A stretch of DNA of 64,000 nucleotides from Sarea resinae (taxonomy: Eukaryota). Below the pieces are notes generated by a model. That model did no database searches and was not told where the DNA came from. It saw only the letters and a program-made list of their open reading frames with translations. The stretch spans positions 1 through 64,000 of the forward strand of contig JAPEUD010000007.1 of the NCBI GenBank assembly GCA_026026165.1. The letters run 5' to 3'. The stretch's first letter is position 1. Each line of letters opens with the position of its first letter. Shown in pieces: positions 50,777 to 62,419 of the stretch. The position numbers were made by a program, and so were the translations under genes.

Positions 50777-51159
50777 TCAGTCTTGAACCTGTGGTGAAGC
50801 GGTGAGCACTCTATTCATAGAAGTTGACCGGCTGAAAAGACATACCTCCGGCGGTTTCCCCGCAGGCTGAATCATTTTCTCAATCATCTTCGCCCTGACC
50901 TTCTCCTTGGACTCCCCCATTCCAATAGAGATATACTCGAGCAACGGAGGATGTCCGACATAGCTGGCATAGGTGTCGCGGTGGATGTTAGATGTCCATT
51001 CGTATTTCGTGGTGTCTGCGTGCCCAGTGCCGACGTAGCGCGCTTGAAGCTGTTCTAGCTGCTGTGTCGCGCGAAGCTTGTCTGCCTGTTATAAGGATTG
51101 TGTATTAGTATGGTGGAAGCACTGGTATCTGGGGGCGAAAGAAAGAGAGAGTCTACCAT
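50777..51159 (-). CDS. SF3B5: Splicing factor 3B subunit 5 (SF3b10/Ysf3); exons 51159-51157, 51085-50846, 50788-50777
   Basis: Manual translation M|ADKLRATQQLEQLQARYVGTGHADTTKYEWTSNIHRDTYASYVGHPPLLEYISIGMGESKEKVRAKMIEKMIQPAGKPPE|VQD*, with canonical GT-AG introns. Not in the ORF track. Confidence 0.93.
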
Positions 51160-51463
51160 GATTACGGAGGAGAGACTTCAAGGTGTGATGCACCGAAAGT
51201 ATGGTGATGAATTGGATTGATGCGCTTCTCAAAGATGATAATTGAAGTATCATGGAGTGAATATGTTGTTCTGCCACTCGAGTCAGAGGCGACACCTGTA
51301 GTGAATTTCTCGCTTATATTACCGCATCCAGTCCCTCCTTCAGCCGAACTCTGTTCGCTACACCAGACGGCTGAAGGTTATTCCGTCAGCTATCATCACA
51401 CGGATAATCCTTTATCCGAAATCAACCGAGGCCATTGATTAACACCCTTGCCCAAACTTGAAG

Positions 51464-53210
51464 ATGTCGTCTTCCACCCCTCAACAGAACAGAGTGCCCG
51501 AAAACGCGTTCAAGGCTGGCCGACGGGCTGGAAACTGTAAGTACACCTTCTCTACACAGTCAAGATGCATTCCCTTCTTTTTGGCGCCCTTTGCTGCCAT
51601 AATGAGCCAATTTGAGCTTCAGGCGCATTCAGCTCACCTCGACTGGCCGCGCGATGCGCAACGGCTGCGAGATCATTTCAGAGTCCTCATACGTGGTATT
51701 CCGCGGCCTTTTTGTTGCTTATAGATGGTCTTGATCTTACCTCTAGTACTTCATGAAGTTGACCGGCTATTGAGGTCGGTTGATTGTGAGACTGAGGGTT
51801 TGAGTTGGCCGATTGAGGTCGCTGCTGCTCACTTCAATCTGATCCCTCAATCCTACTTCTCGTTCATGTGTCGCTATTCCTTGAGCTCGCTGGGTGTTCT
51901 TAGATGATTGGAATCCTCTGTCTGCAATCGAGCGAGCCCCTACGAAGTTTCAAATGCGAAGTCTTAAGTTCAAGATTCAATTCAGTTTATCGTGTTGGGG
52001 TCTACTCTTCGAATTTGATAAGCAAGCTGGGCCATGACGCTTCAGTTTGATCTTACCCTTCTTGTCGGACACTTTGGCTCTTCTCATTTGCTCTATTGGC
52101 ATTCTCTTCTTGCCTTTACGTGTCTGAGCTGGCTTGCTGCTCAACTCTCGCATCTCAATTGAGGCTTTTGTCATCGGATTCACTTTTCATTACGCCGCGA
52201 TCCGGCCATACGATATCTGATCATCTCACTGACGCACACTATTAGACCCACGCCTTTCCGACGCAGAGGTCCAACGAGCGAAAGATCTCCTGCCCCACGA
52301 ACAGTACCTGGCGCTAAAATACTACGACGAGGAGGAACTGGGTGTGAAAGCCATTAGGGAGCAGGACCACCGATACACGAGCAATAGAGCCTTTTCAAGG
52401 CTATATCTAAAAGCGCGTGAAGATTTCGCGGCAGCACTTAGAATTGCTCCTGCCCCGAACCCTACTCTTCCCACGCCCGTCCTCGCCGGCCCAGCTGTTC
52501 CTCACCCGTCCGCCTTTTCCACTGACCGCACAATGTCGGCGAATAACATCAGCCTCGACGATGTGCTGGAGAAGTTGAAGACAGTCGAAATCGACAAGAA
52601 ATTGCTGACCGCTGCCCGAAACAAAATGCCAGCGTCGTCTTCGGAACTGCCCCCGCGTGAGGAGACGGACCTGAAGGACATGAGTTCTAAACTTGACCCG
52701 GCATTCACTGGGCGCATGGCAGAATGGATGACGACGACGCTGCCCAATTCGTCCACAGCCGACCGAAACACCTTGATTCGGGAGCTGTGGGAAAAGAGTC
52801 GCCAGGGACTGTCCGATGACGAGGCGAAATGCGCGGCCATCGACAAATTGAAGTCCGACAAGACCGTGGAACAGGAGGCTATTCGACGCATGTACCATCG
52901 ACAGAAGGCAGCTAGGCAGGAACGTCAAGCGGCATATGAGGCCAAACGAGTCTTCTTGGTGGCACGAATTGATGCAGCCAAGGCCCGTGAGGCAGAGGAG
53001 AATCGCCGGCGTGAAGCGACAGAGGTCCAGGCTCAGGCCGACGGAGCCGTCAATCGCACGGCGACTACCAGCAGTGACAATCCTGCCGATAAGATGGATC
53101 TTGATGCTCCCGAGAAGAAGGTCAAGGAACCCGTGCCTGCTGACGAGCCCTCCACGCAGCCCTTGGATCAGGGTGCCGGTCCTGATAGCCGCATGGATGA
53201 CGTCGACTAG
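51464..53210 (+). CDS. Hypothetical protein (~345 aa) with a C-terminal coiled coil; proposed exons 51464-51536, 52246-53210
   Basis: The frame is open from 52246 to 53210 after CTGAC...TAG. The GTAAGT donor at 51537 joins MSSSTPQQNRVPENAFKAGRRAGN in phase. Composition is protein-like, but I recognise no family. Confidence 0.6.
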
Positions 53211-53569
53211 TCGACTCCACCACCATCCTCCATCACCACCACTTTCCTCGGTCCTCCAGGAAGTCATCCACTCATCCATCAGCATCCAAACCATCCCTCA
53301 CCACCACTCGATCCATGTTTTCATAAAGCATGTCGATCCATCAGAGCGAGGCCGAATTCAAAACGGTCTTCTCTACGCCTTACGATTGACGTCTTCACGC
53401 ATTTTCCTCACTCATGCATGACTCAGCGGCACGGCACATTATTCCCTTTCTCTCATCGGCATCTGGAACGGATGGGCGGACGGCTTCCGAAATGGAGCAT
53501 ACGGCATACGTATAGCGGCAGCGCATAGCATCGGGCGGCGTAGCGATCGATCACCAAAAGCGTCTTTTA

Positions 53570-54030
53570 TTTTTCCTTTTCCTTTTCTTTAATTTTCCAT
53601 TTCCTCTCTCCTTTTCCTCTCTCCTTTTCCTCTCTCCTTTTCCTCTCTCCTTTTCCTCTCTCCTTTTCCTCTCCTTTTCCTCTCTCCTTTTCCTCTCTCA
53701 TTCCCTTTGTCAATGCGAGCGAGCGAGCATCATCTCATCCCCATTTCCGCACAAGCCACATCCCGCACAAGCGGAGGGGCTGAAGGTGCGGCCGGGCGAT
53801 TGCGCTCTCACGTAGCTAGTTTTTTCTCTTCTACCTGCAAGCCGGGTTGTGGTGGCCCCGCTTGTTTCGGTGTTTTTTTTTCCCCCAAGGGTACTCTTTG
53901 CGAGGATGGCGCATTATTGGGGCTGGATGACTGGTTCGATGGATGATGATACTCGGTATGGGTGGATGGATGGATGGATGGATGGAACCCGAAAGATGGA
54001 ACTGTGGTTGCTCTCTCTCTCTCTCTTGCT
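53570..54030. repeat. 13-bp polypyrimidine tandem repeat (CTTTTCCTCTCTC)~7 at ~53600-53700, plus (GGAT)n and (CT)n
   Basis: Directly visible. Lies between the convergent 3' ends of the hypothetical gene and TAD1. Confidence 0.9.
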
Positions 54031-54396
54031 TCGATCAGGCTCAGAAATGGAGTCTTTAATGCGATTAGAATAAAACCCAATGAAAAAATTAGATTACGTT
54101 TTGGTTGTGCTCGATATGCTTCGTTTTTTCTGTTTTTGTTTTCGTGGGGAAAAGACCTCAGTCCTGTAATACTCGTTTGGCATTCGTAGTCAGGTCTGTC
54201 TGTGTTGAGCGCGATTCTTGTTGTGCCTCACTTATTTCTCACTGATGGAGATTCACTGGTCTCAATACTCATTGGTTCCTAGCACTACCTCTCTCTCCTT
54301 CCTCCCACTCCCTTCGTTCTCACTCGCTCACTCGTCATATAGCACAGAAGAGCATACACAGTGACAGGCAAGTTCTTCCCAGATCCTCGCCCTTCC

Positions 54397-55941
54397 CTAC
54401 TCACCTATCACGAAAGCGTTCCCGCCATTTCTCCGCCAGCCCTTAAGCGCCAGGGAGCGGACGTCATCTTTGACAGCTCTCCGAGCAGCAAGTAGCGGAC
54501 TTGCTTTCAAAGCCTCCTCATACGTAGGTTTCGTATCGCCAGCAGCAGCAGAGGGGAAAGCGGTTTGAAGTCTTCTGCCAGCAGCAGCCACACTGCCCCC
54601 GTTAGCCAGGATGGCGCCCCCTGCTGCTTGGAAAAGTGCCACGGCCTCAGCAACGGCCCGCCATATCCCGCGCTTGCACACCCTGCTAGCACCCCGCGGG
54701 TCGAATTGGCGTCGGCCCTGTAAGACGCCCCCGATGAGCGTCTCCTGGAACCGCGGCGTGTATGCCACGGAGAGATTACTCGGCGTCCGGGTGCGCGCCA
54801 CCGCTGCTCCTTTTGCATCGTCGCTGCCGCCGCCGCCGCCGCCGCCGCCGCCACGCCGTGAGAACTCGAATTCTCTGCTTGTAGTGCGGACTTCGAACGG
54901 CTGGAACTTGTAACCGCCTTTCCAGTTGCTTTGGACGTCGGAGAGCGGGGATAAGCGGCCGGTGGCTGAGAAGGCGCGGTGGGTGGCTAGGGGTGAGTGT
55001 TGGCTAGATGGCAGGATAAGGGTCGAGAGGTAGGCGTTTGTCGGGTGGATAAGGAGGGCTGTTGGAGATAGGAGGAGCGATGTGGCCGTCATATGTGAGA
55101 GCTTGTCGCTACATGACTTGCTGTTTGTGGGTGGCGCGTCGGGGCGAGCTTCAGAGAGTTAGTTTGGATGGTGATGAGGTTGAACATTGGCGCAGGGGCA
55201 ATCATACATGGTTTTCGGCGGACGATGCCTAGCTCAGAAAAATAGCCTCGACCGTGTAGGGAAGATGGCACTTCTGGGCTGTTCTCCGCCTCCGACGATG
55301 TCGCCCGTGGTGATGGCCCGGAAACGGCCCACGGTGTTGCATCCTCCTGCCTCTCCATCACCAGCTCCATACTCGCGTCCCCGCACGGCGCCTCCGAGCT
55401 ATACATATGAATGCGCGTGTCATCTTTCACAGCAAAAGGCTGGAAATGCTCATCCGAGATCTCGGCGGCGTCACGCCGGCGGATGAAGGTCGAGGAGCGA
55501 AGACCGCTGCGGAGAAGGTCCTGGCATTCGTTGATCAGGAAGTAATTGAAGGAGCGGATGGCGACGATTTCGGCGTGCGTATCGTGAAGGACAGTACCGT
55601 TTGCTTGAATGACTTTGGAAGCGGGGAGGCATTTCATTCCGGTGCTTGGGAGAAGAAAGATTTAGCGTTTGTGTTCTACGTGAGATTGAGGGCCGGAGCG
55701 TATTTACCCCAAAGAGGCACAAGTCAGATTCTTGTTGTCGGCTTCTCTGGGAACCAAAATTAGTGAGGTACGGTATGATTGAGCCTGTTGGGTGCTGTAT
55801 ACCATCTTGCGACAGGACAATGCCGCTCAAGGGCACCCATTCCTGGATCTCGCCCTCATGAGTTCTGGGTTGTCGCTTGGCAGGAAGGGAGGAAAAGGTA
55901 GATAGCACTGCATGTGTGACTGCGTCTTCAAATGCGCCCAT
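54397..55941 (-). CDS. TAD1: tRNA-specific adenosine-37 deaminase (ADAT1/Tad1), multi-exon
   Basis: EWVPLSGIV, TGMKCLP, LHDTHAEIVAIRSFN, YSSEAPCGDASM, GRGYFSELGIVRRKP, SKSCSDKL and C-terminal LKGWRRN, consistent with an ADAR-type deaminase domain without dsRBDs. Confidence 0.9.
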
Positions 55942-56286
55942 CTGAATACACTATATCAGAATTGGAAGAAGAATGGTGGTATCAGAATGAATATGGTGTT
56001 GATAGATATCCGTTCCTGATGCTTGGGCTTATGCAGGGCTAGTCGCCTGCCGTATTTTAGTTTTTCCGGGACATCGATCTTCGGAGACGATACACGAGAT
56101 GACGTTTAGGTAAAACGCGATCGTCCATCTTACAATATTCTATCTTGTGGAGGGAGTACGGGATTAACGCCGCAGACAGCAGCAGAGACAGGATCACGTA
56201 CCGCTATTGCTTCATGGTGGTGACACTCCTGATCCTCGACTGTCTTGTCCGCCGGTGATGCGTCGCTGCCACAGCATTTAGGCACG

Positions 56287-57609
56287 ATGCAGGCATTTGG
56301 TGAGTCCCGCCCTTATCCGATGGCCCGTGAAAGTCTTCAAATGCTAATGGAAGTCCTGCAGTGCCCAAAAACCGTCGAGTAAGTTCTCCTATGGTCGCAA
56401 CCAACAGCTCCGGCTAACCATCGCTCAGCCAAAATTCGATCTTCGTCTGACGGTAATTACAACTCTATCTTTGATTACGAGAACACCATAGACTCACTCA
56501 CCTCTTGCAGATCATCGATCTAAATAATGTCCCACTCGTCTCCGGATCCGCCTTCGTAAAATGGCATCTCCCCTCCAGCACCTTCGCCGAACACCGGGGT
56601 CAGACTCCCAAAAGCTTGATCAAGGACCATAAGGTCACCTGGGAATATGAGAAAACGCTGCCCGTGCGGCTTGTGATCGATCGGAGTGGCATGCTGCAAG
56701 GGTCGGAAATACACTTTGAGATCCTGCAGGAATATTCGGCTGGAGGGAGGGGCGAGAGGATACGTTTGGGGAATGTCAAGCTGGATCTGGCCGAGTATGT
56801 TGAGGCCAGTGCGGCCGATAGCAACGAAGAGGGGGTTACAAGACGATATCTCATGCAGGACAGTAGGATCAATAGCACATTAAAAGTAAGGCAAGTTGCT
56901 ATACGGTTACGTTCTTAGCACTGATTTGTCTAGGTTTGTATTTTCTTGAAGCAAATTGACGGGGACCGCAACTTCACCGCGTCAGCAGCCCCTTCCTTGT
57001 CTTGCTTCACACTGAAAGTATTAACTTGAACAGGCCACCACTCAAGGCAGCAGCTGTCTTCGACGGTATCGCTGGTGTTTTGGCGAGCGAGGGAGCTCAA
57101 GAAGATGTCGGGCGTACGTCTCCTCGGTCCAGAGCTATGGCAATGCTAACGCCGAGTCAGAGATGCCATCCATAATTCAAAAGTCTAGAGAGATTGGCGA
57201 ACAGCAAGACGTGTACCGACGTACTCTGGCTGCATCGTGGGCCATGCAGGCAGACGAATTACCCGCGGATGAATGCATAGAGAACATCTTCGCTGGAGGA
57301 GATGGCTGGAGACCAAAAGATCGAGTCAAGAAACACCATCCAGCTGCCTCGGCAGACGATACAGCCGAGGGCAGCACCGATAGCGATGGTGAGTCTGCCC
57401 ACAGCTATCACAGCCGCCGCACAAGCAAGCAACAAACCTTCATTCGCGGGGCTCAGAATAAGCCGAGATCGAGGAAGGACGAAGGAATCGTTACCGCTAC
57501 CAACAATTCGCAAACTGGCACCGGCGGGAAGAGGAAGTTGTACAGGAGTTCGTTTGAAGTCGACGAGTTTGATGTCAGAGAGGATCTGAAGAGTTGGTCC
57601 TGCGGATGA
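56287..57609 (+). CDS. NT-C2 domain protein (EEIG1/FAM102-like), ~7 exons including tiny 5' exons
   Basis: Spliced MQAF|VPKNRR|PKFDLRLT|IIDLNNVPLVSGSAFVKWHL...LGNVKLDLAEYV...RRYLMQDSRINSTLK|VCIFLKQIDGDRNFTA|PPLK..., then DECIENIFAGGDGW and EFDVREDLKSW. Confidence 0.85.
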
Positions 57610-60313
57610 AGGGAGCTGATGGGACTGGGATAGATTGCTGTGCAACGCGGGTTGCTACTGATGTATAGGTCGGCTGTGCGAAATAGTGGATTGTTTGCCC
57701 AAGGTAATTACCCTTTGGTGAACTGAAAACCTGTCAGTACTGTGTTTAATACACCTGTATATCTATCAATCATCTCTGTTCTCTTTTATCTCCTTGTACC
57801 TGGAAGGCACTTATCTGTTGTTATCTGTTCTCTATCTCTACTCTCTCGTGTAGGCGGTCAAGGTACCATATTGAACAGTATTGTCTCCGACCTCAACACT
57901 CATCGCATACGATCCCCTAGATATCTCGAACCCCCAAATCGAAAAATTCTGGGTAGGCAAACGGCAATATGAATCAGGCAGCAGCAACAAGCAAAATCCA
58001 GGATCTAGAATCCAGAAGCCGAGCACAATCACTGAATAAGACGGCCTTCTCAGGTCGAGAAGTACAAAAATGCAGCTGGGACGGTCGGTTGTTCAGGATA
58101 CGAAAATAACTCGCATCTCGACAAAAGGAATGGGGAACCGGGCACAAAGATTCGCCCCGCCAGTCAGACAGACTATATCTATCGGCCTGGATATAGCCAG
58201 CTGGACGTGCAGTACGAGTAGATTTCGGACTACCTAGCTCCTGGATGACTTTCAATTACGTATGTCGGTCTCCTGCGTTCTCTATCGGCCGATCTGCTTG
58301 GATACAATTAGCCCAACGGGCCCGTAGGACTAGGACCAAGGATCCTGGAGAGCTCGACGAAGAAAAAGTCTGATCCAGCAGATCGCCGTTCTTCGTCCGC
58401 TATTTGCGAGAGAAAGTACTTTATCCGAACACCGAAGACACGGGAACAGTGTTTTATCACTGGATCTTCTCCATTGTCGGAGAGAGAAAGAGATCCATGC
58501 CACGTCTACCATGGCCGTTGCGTCTGCCGGAGGTACTTCTCTTCCGGTCACGCTTCTGAACTCTGTCTAGCTATCTACCTACCTTGCATGCGTAAAGTCC
58601 TGTTGTTCTGTTCCCTTCGTTTTGGCTTTCAGACTTGTTGATATAGGGTTTCCTATCAATGGTAGAAACTTCGAGTACCTTGATCTTATCGTGTTGCTCT
58701 GAAGGCGTTTCATGCGCGACGGCCAAGCTGTGCCATCCCGGTGAGTAGGGGGCATCGAGATATGGCAGTAGAACGGCCACTGCTGCCGGGTGGAAGCAAA
58801 CCTCGAGCTATTCAGCCGTGATTCCACCATGATAGACAAAACGTTCCCTGGACCTTGATACACGGTCACTGAAGATAAAAGGCCGTCCGGATAGTTCGGA
58901 GACAGTACAAGTCTTCATGGACTGCTCCTCCAGGCCCTTTGGTTGGCTGCCGTCGACACATGGCCCGATCGGGTGTATCAGCCAAAGTATCAGCACCCGG
59001 GCCGTGATGTCCGCCTCGGTAAGGTACTCTGCACTTTGCAGACTGTAGAGTAGAGTATCCATTCCCTTGACCCCTCCCCGCCACTTTCCATCTTGACTGG
59101 TGAAGGTGATGCAGGTTCTGCAGCACAGCTGCATGGTATGCATGAAGAAAAGGCCCTGAAGGCCAAGGGAGGGATCTACGAACACCTACGAAGAGGAGAT
59201 GCCAACCATCCGCCGGGGAAGAAGCGTGACGGTGATGTTCATGTGCCTCGATGACTGTCGGAGTACTACAGTACGAAAGAAGTACAGTACGAAGTACATT
59301 CGCACGCACTCACTTCCAGTGGAGGGTCCAACTTGTGTACGGAGTACGATGAGTACGAAGTCTTGGAGGCTGAAACGACGACCGTGACGTTCCCGCCGTG
59401 TCGGGCGCTTCAGTCCCCTGCGCTTCCACTCGCTTCCCCTGCGCTTCCCCTTCGGCTCGTGGCCTTTCTAACCAAGCACGGTCTTAGTCCTCGAGTGCCG
59501 CCCCCGAGTCCAAACGATGGACTGATGCTACTGAAGTGTTCCGGAGGAGAGTCTTTCGCGCTGCGTCCTTGGACGGGGACGGTCGAGTTCCTACACCAAT
59601 TACAGCGTCCGTCAAAGTCTGAGACGACCTCATCGCGGTGCCGGTACGCGTAGATCAGATCGCAAGTATCGACTATGCACGACGGAGATCCAATAAAATG
59701 AGGGCCCTGAGGGCGATGGATCAATGCACCCAATGCAGCCTAAACATGGCGTGCAGCTGGACCTGCGGTACGCCGATTACTACGTCGTAGACCTGACTTC
59801 GTACCCGTCGTCGTCGTGGTCTTCTGCCCGGCCGCCACCCCCTCTAATCCCCGATACATGCAGGGAGGCATCAGCATCATTCATTGACTGCGGTCTTGAC
59901 CTTTTTCTCTCTCTTCTCGTCTGGCCTGCTGCGGTCGACTTCTTTGTTGTGGACCAAGTCATAGTTATTCACCGTGTTCCTCTTCTCGTCACCGTTGACT
60001 CGGTAGTGCTGCTTTTCATTCTTCTCGACGCTGCACTGTGCCGGCCTCCAATTCAGAGTCGCCTTTTACCATCGACGTTCATTCTACCTCCATTCACGGT
60101 CGCCTTGCTTATGCTCCTGGCACGCTGGTCGCTGCCCTCTCGAGTTGACGATATTGGGTCTGTTGCTGGTTCATCGGACGCCTCATTCCTCTGCGGTGAC
60201 TCCACGTCAACATCTCTGATAGACGTCTCCTCAACGTCTGGCTTTTTTGATATACGCCTTCGATCAGCGATCAAATCCATCGCATCTTTACCCCTCAGCC
60301 TCAATTGCCTGCC

Positions 60314-62419
60314 ATGTCTCGATATTGGACCGTCCACATACTCTTCGTCGCACTTCTAATAGCAAATGGTGAAGGCGCGGCCGAAGGGGGCCCTGTGGTG
60401 GGCCATGGAGCCACGTCCGGCACCCAAAAAGCAGCATCAAAGGCGAAAGAAGACACCAGGGAGCCTACAAACCACCAGCTCACTGCCTACCTACTCGTTA
60501 TTCTTGGATCCGTGATCCTGGCTATTTTCGGCTACAATGTGATTCTTCGTTCGGTGCAGTATATTCGGACGCTGGCCTGTCTGAGTAACGATACCCAGCG
60601 GTTTTTCGCTACACCAGATCTCGCATTCGCCCGGATTAAGCAGCATATTCTATACGCGCCTCTATTTCGTTCACGCCACAATCGCGAATTTCGTCTCTCC
60701 TCGGCAATCAGCATAGGAACGCTTCCGACCCGCTTCCAAGCCATCCTGTCCGCTGCTTATATAGGAGTCAATGTAGCTTTCTGCGTCATCGATATCAACT
60801 GGGGCGCTGATCGTCAACTCGTTCTTGCGATCCTACGGAACCGGACGGGCGTCCTATCCGTTGTGAACCTAGTCCCGCTCTTCGTGGTTGGAAGTCGTAA
60901 CAACCCTCTCATTCGTTTCCTGGGCGTATCTTATGACTCCTTCAACTTCCTCCATCGCTTATGCGGTCGTTTGGTTGCCATTGAAGCTCTTGCGCATACG
61001 ATCGCGTGGGCAATAGCCACGGTAGAGAGAGGTAGGCAGTTCAATTACTTCAATTACTTCTTGCATAAGATAACACTAACCACTCATAGCTGGGTGGTCC
61101 ACTGTTGCAGCTGAACTCAAGTCTAGCAACTTGATTATCACCGGATTCATAGTACAGCTCCCTAACCACAGCAAGCATATACACCGCTAATTTTCTGTGC
61201 AGGGCACTGTTGCAGCCGTTGTTATCTCATTGCAGTCCATGTCCGCTGTACGACATGCCTTTTACGAAACTTTCCTGCACCTACATTTTGCGCTTGCGGT
61301 CTTGACGGTGGTGGGCATCTGGATGCATCTCAAGGGTCTGCCTCAGCAGCGAATCCTCCTGGGCGCAATCGTAATCTGGCTAGCTGGCGTAAGCGGAGAC
61401 TGCCCCCAACTTACGCCCTTCGTGCTAACGAGTTTGTAGTACTGCCTTCGATTTTCGTTAATCGTCTACAGAAACGTTGGTCAAGGGCGAACGAAGGCCA
61501 TAGTCGAGACACTGCCCGGGGATGCCCTTCGGGTGACTCTTCACGTTGCACGTCCCTGGTTGTTCAAACCTGGGCAACACGTTTACCTCTATGTTCCATC
61601 GGTAGGACTCTGGACCGCTCACCCATTCTCAATAGCGTGGAGTGAAGAACAAGAGATTCCAAATTGGGAAAAGGGGCTGGCCGTGGGGAGGCAAGATGTT
61701 CTGGAAATGAAAGGGACTTCAATGTCGCTGGTCATCAGGCGTCGTACTGGCTTCACAGAGAGCCTATACAAAAAAGCAGAACTCGCTACAGACGGTTCCA
61801 TCACGCTCGATGCTTTAGTTGAAGGCCCTTATGGTACGTGAACCCTCCTCTTCGCGGTAATTCAATGGGCTGACTCGACGCATGATCAGGTGCCCAAATC
61901 AACGTCCACTCATACGGTACGGTCATGATGTTTGCTGGTGGTGTCGGTATAACTCAGCAAGTACCGCACGTCCGTGATCTTGTGGCCGGCTTCGCCAATG
62001 GGACAGTTGCTGCACGCAAAGTTACCCTCGTCTGGGTTATTCAAAGTCCTGGTAAGCTACTGCTTTGATTGACTACATGGAACTACGATTGACGATCCAT
62101 AGAACATTTGGAATGGATCAGACCCTGGATGACCGCCATACTGGCTATGGACAGACGACGAGAGATCCTTCGAATCCTCCTTTTCGTGACACGTCCGCGA
62201 TCAACCAGAGAGATCCGGAGCCCCTCGGCCACGGTGCAGATGTTTCCCGGCAGACCCAATGTCGATACTCTTGTCGGGATGGAGGTCGAGAATAGGATCG
62301 GCGCGATGGCGGTGACGGTCTGCGGGACTGGTTCTCTGAGCGACGACGTCCGGTCGGCTGTCCGGCGTCGGCAGACCGTCGCCAATCTAGACTTTATGGA
62401 GGAGTCGTTCTCATGGTAA
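60314..62419 (+). CDS. Ferric/cupric reductase transmembrane component (FRE family), multi-exon
   Basis: Signal-peptide-like N-terminus, RNNPLI, four heme-ligand His (FLHRLCGR...LAHT and FLHLH...WMH), FKPGQHVYL, FAD motif HPFS, EGPYG, NADPH motif AGGVGIT, VCG and terminal EESFSW. Confidence 0.92.
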
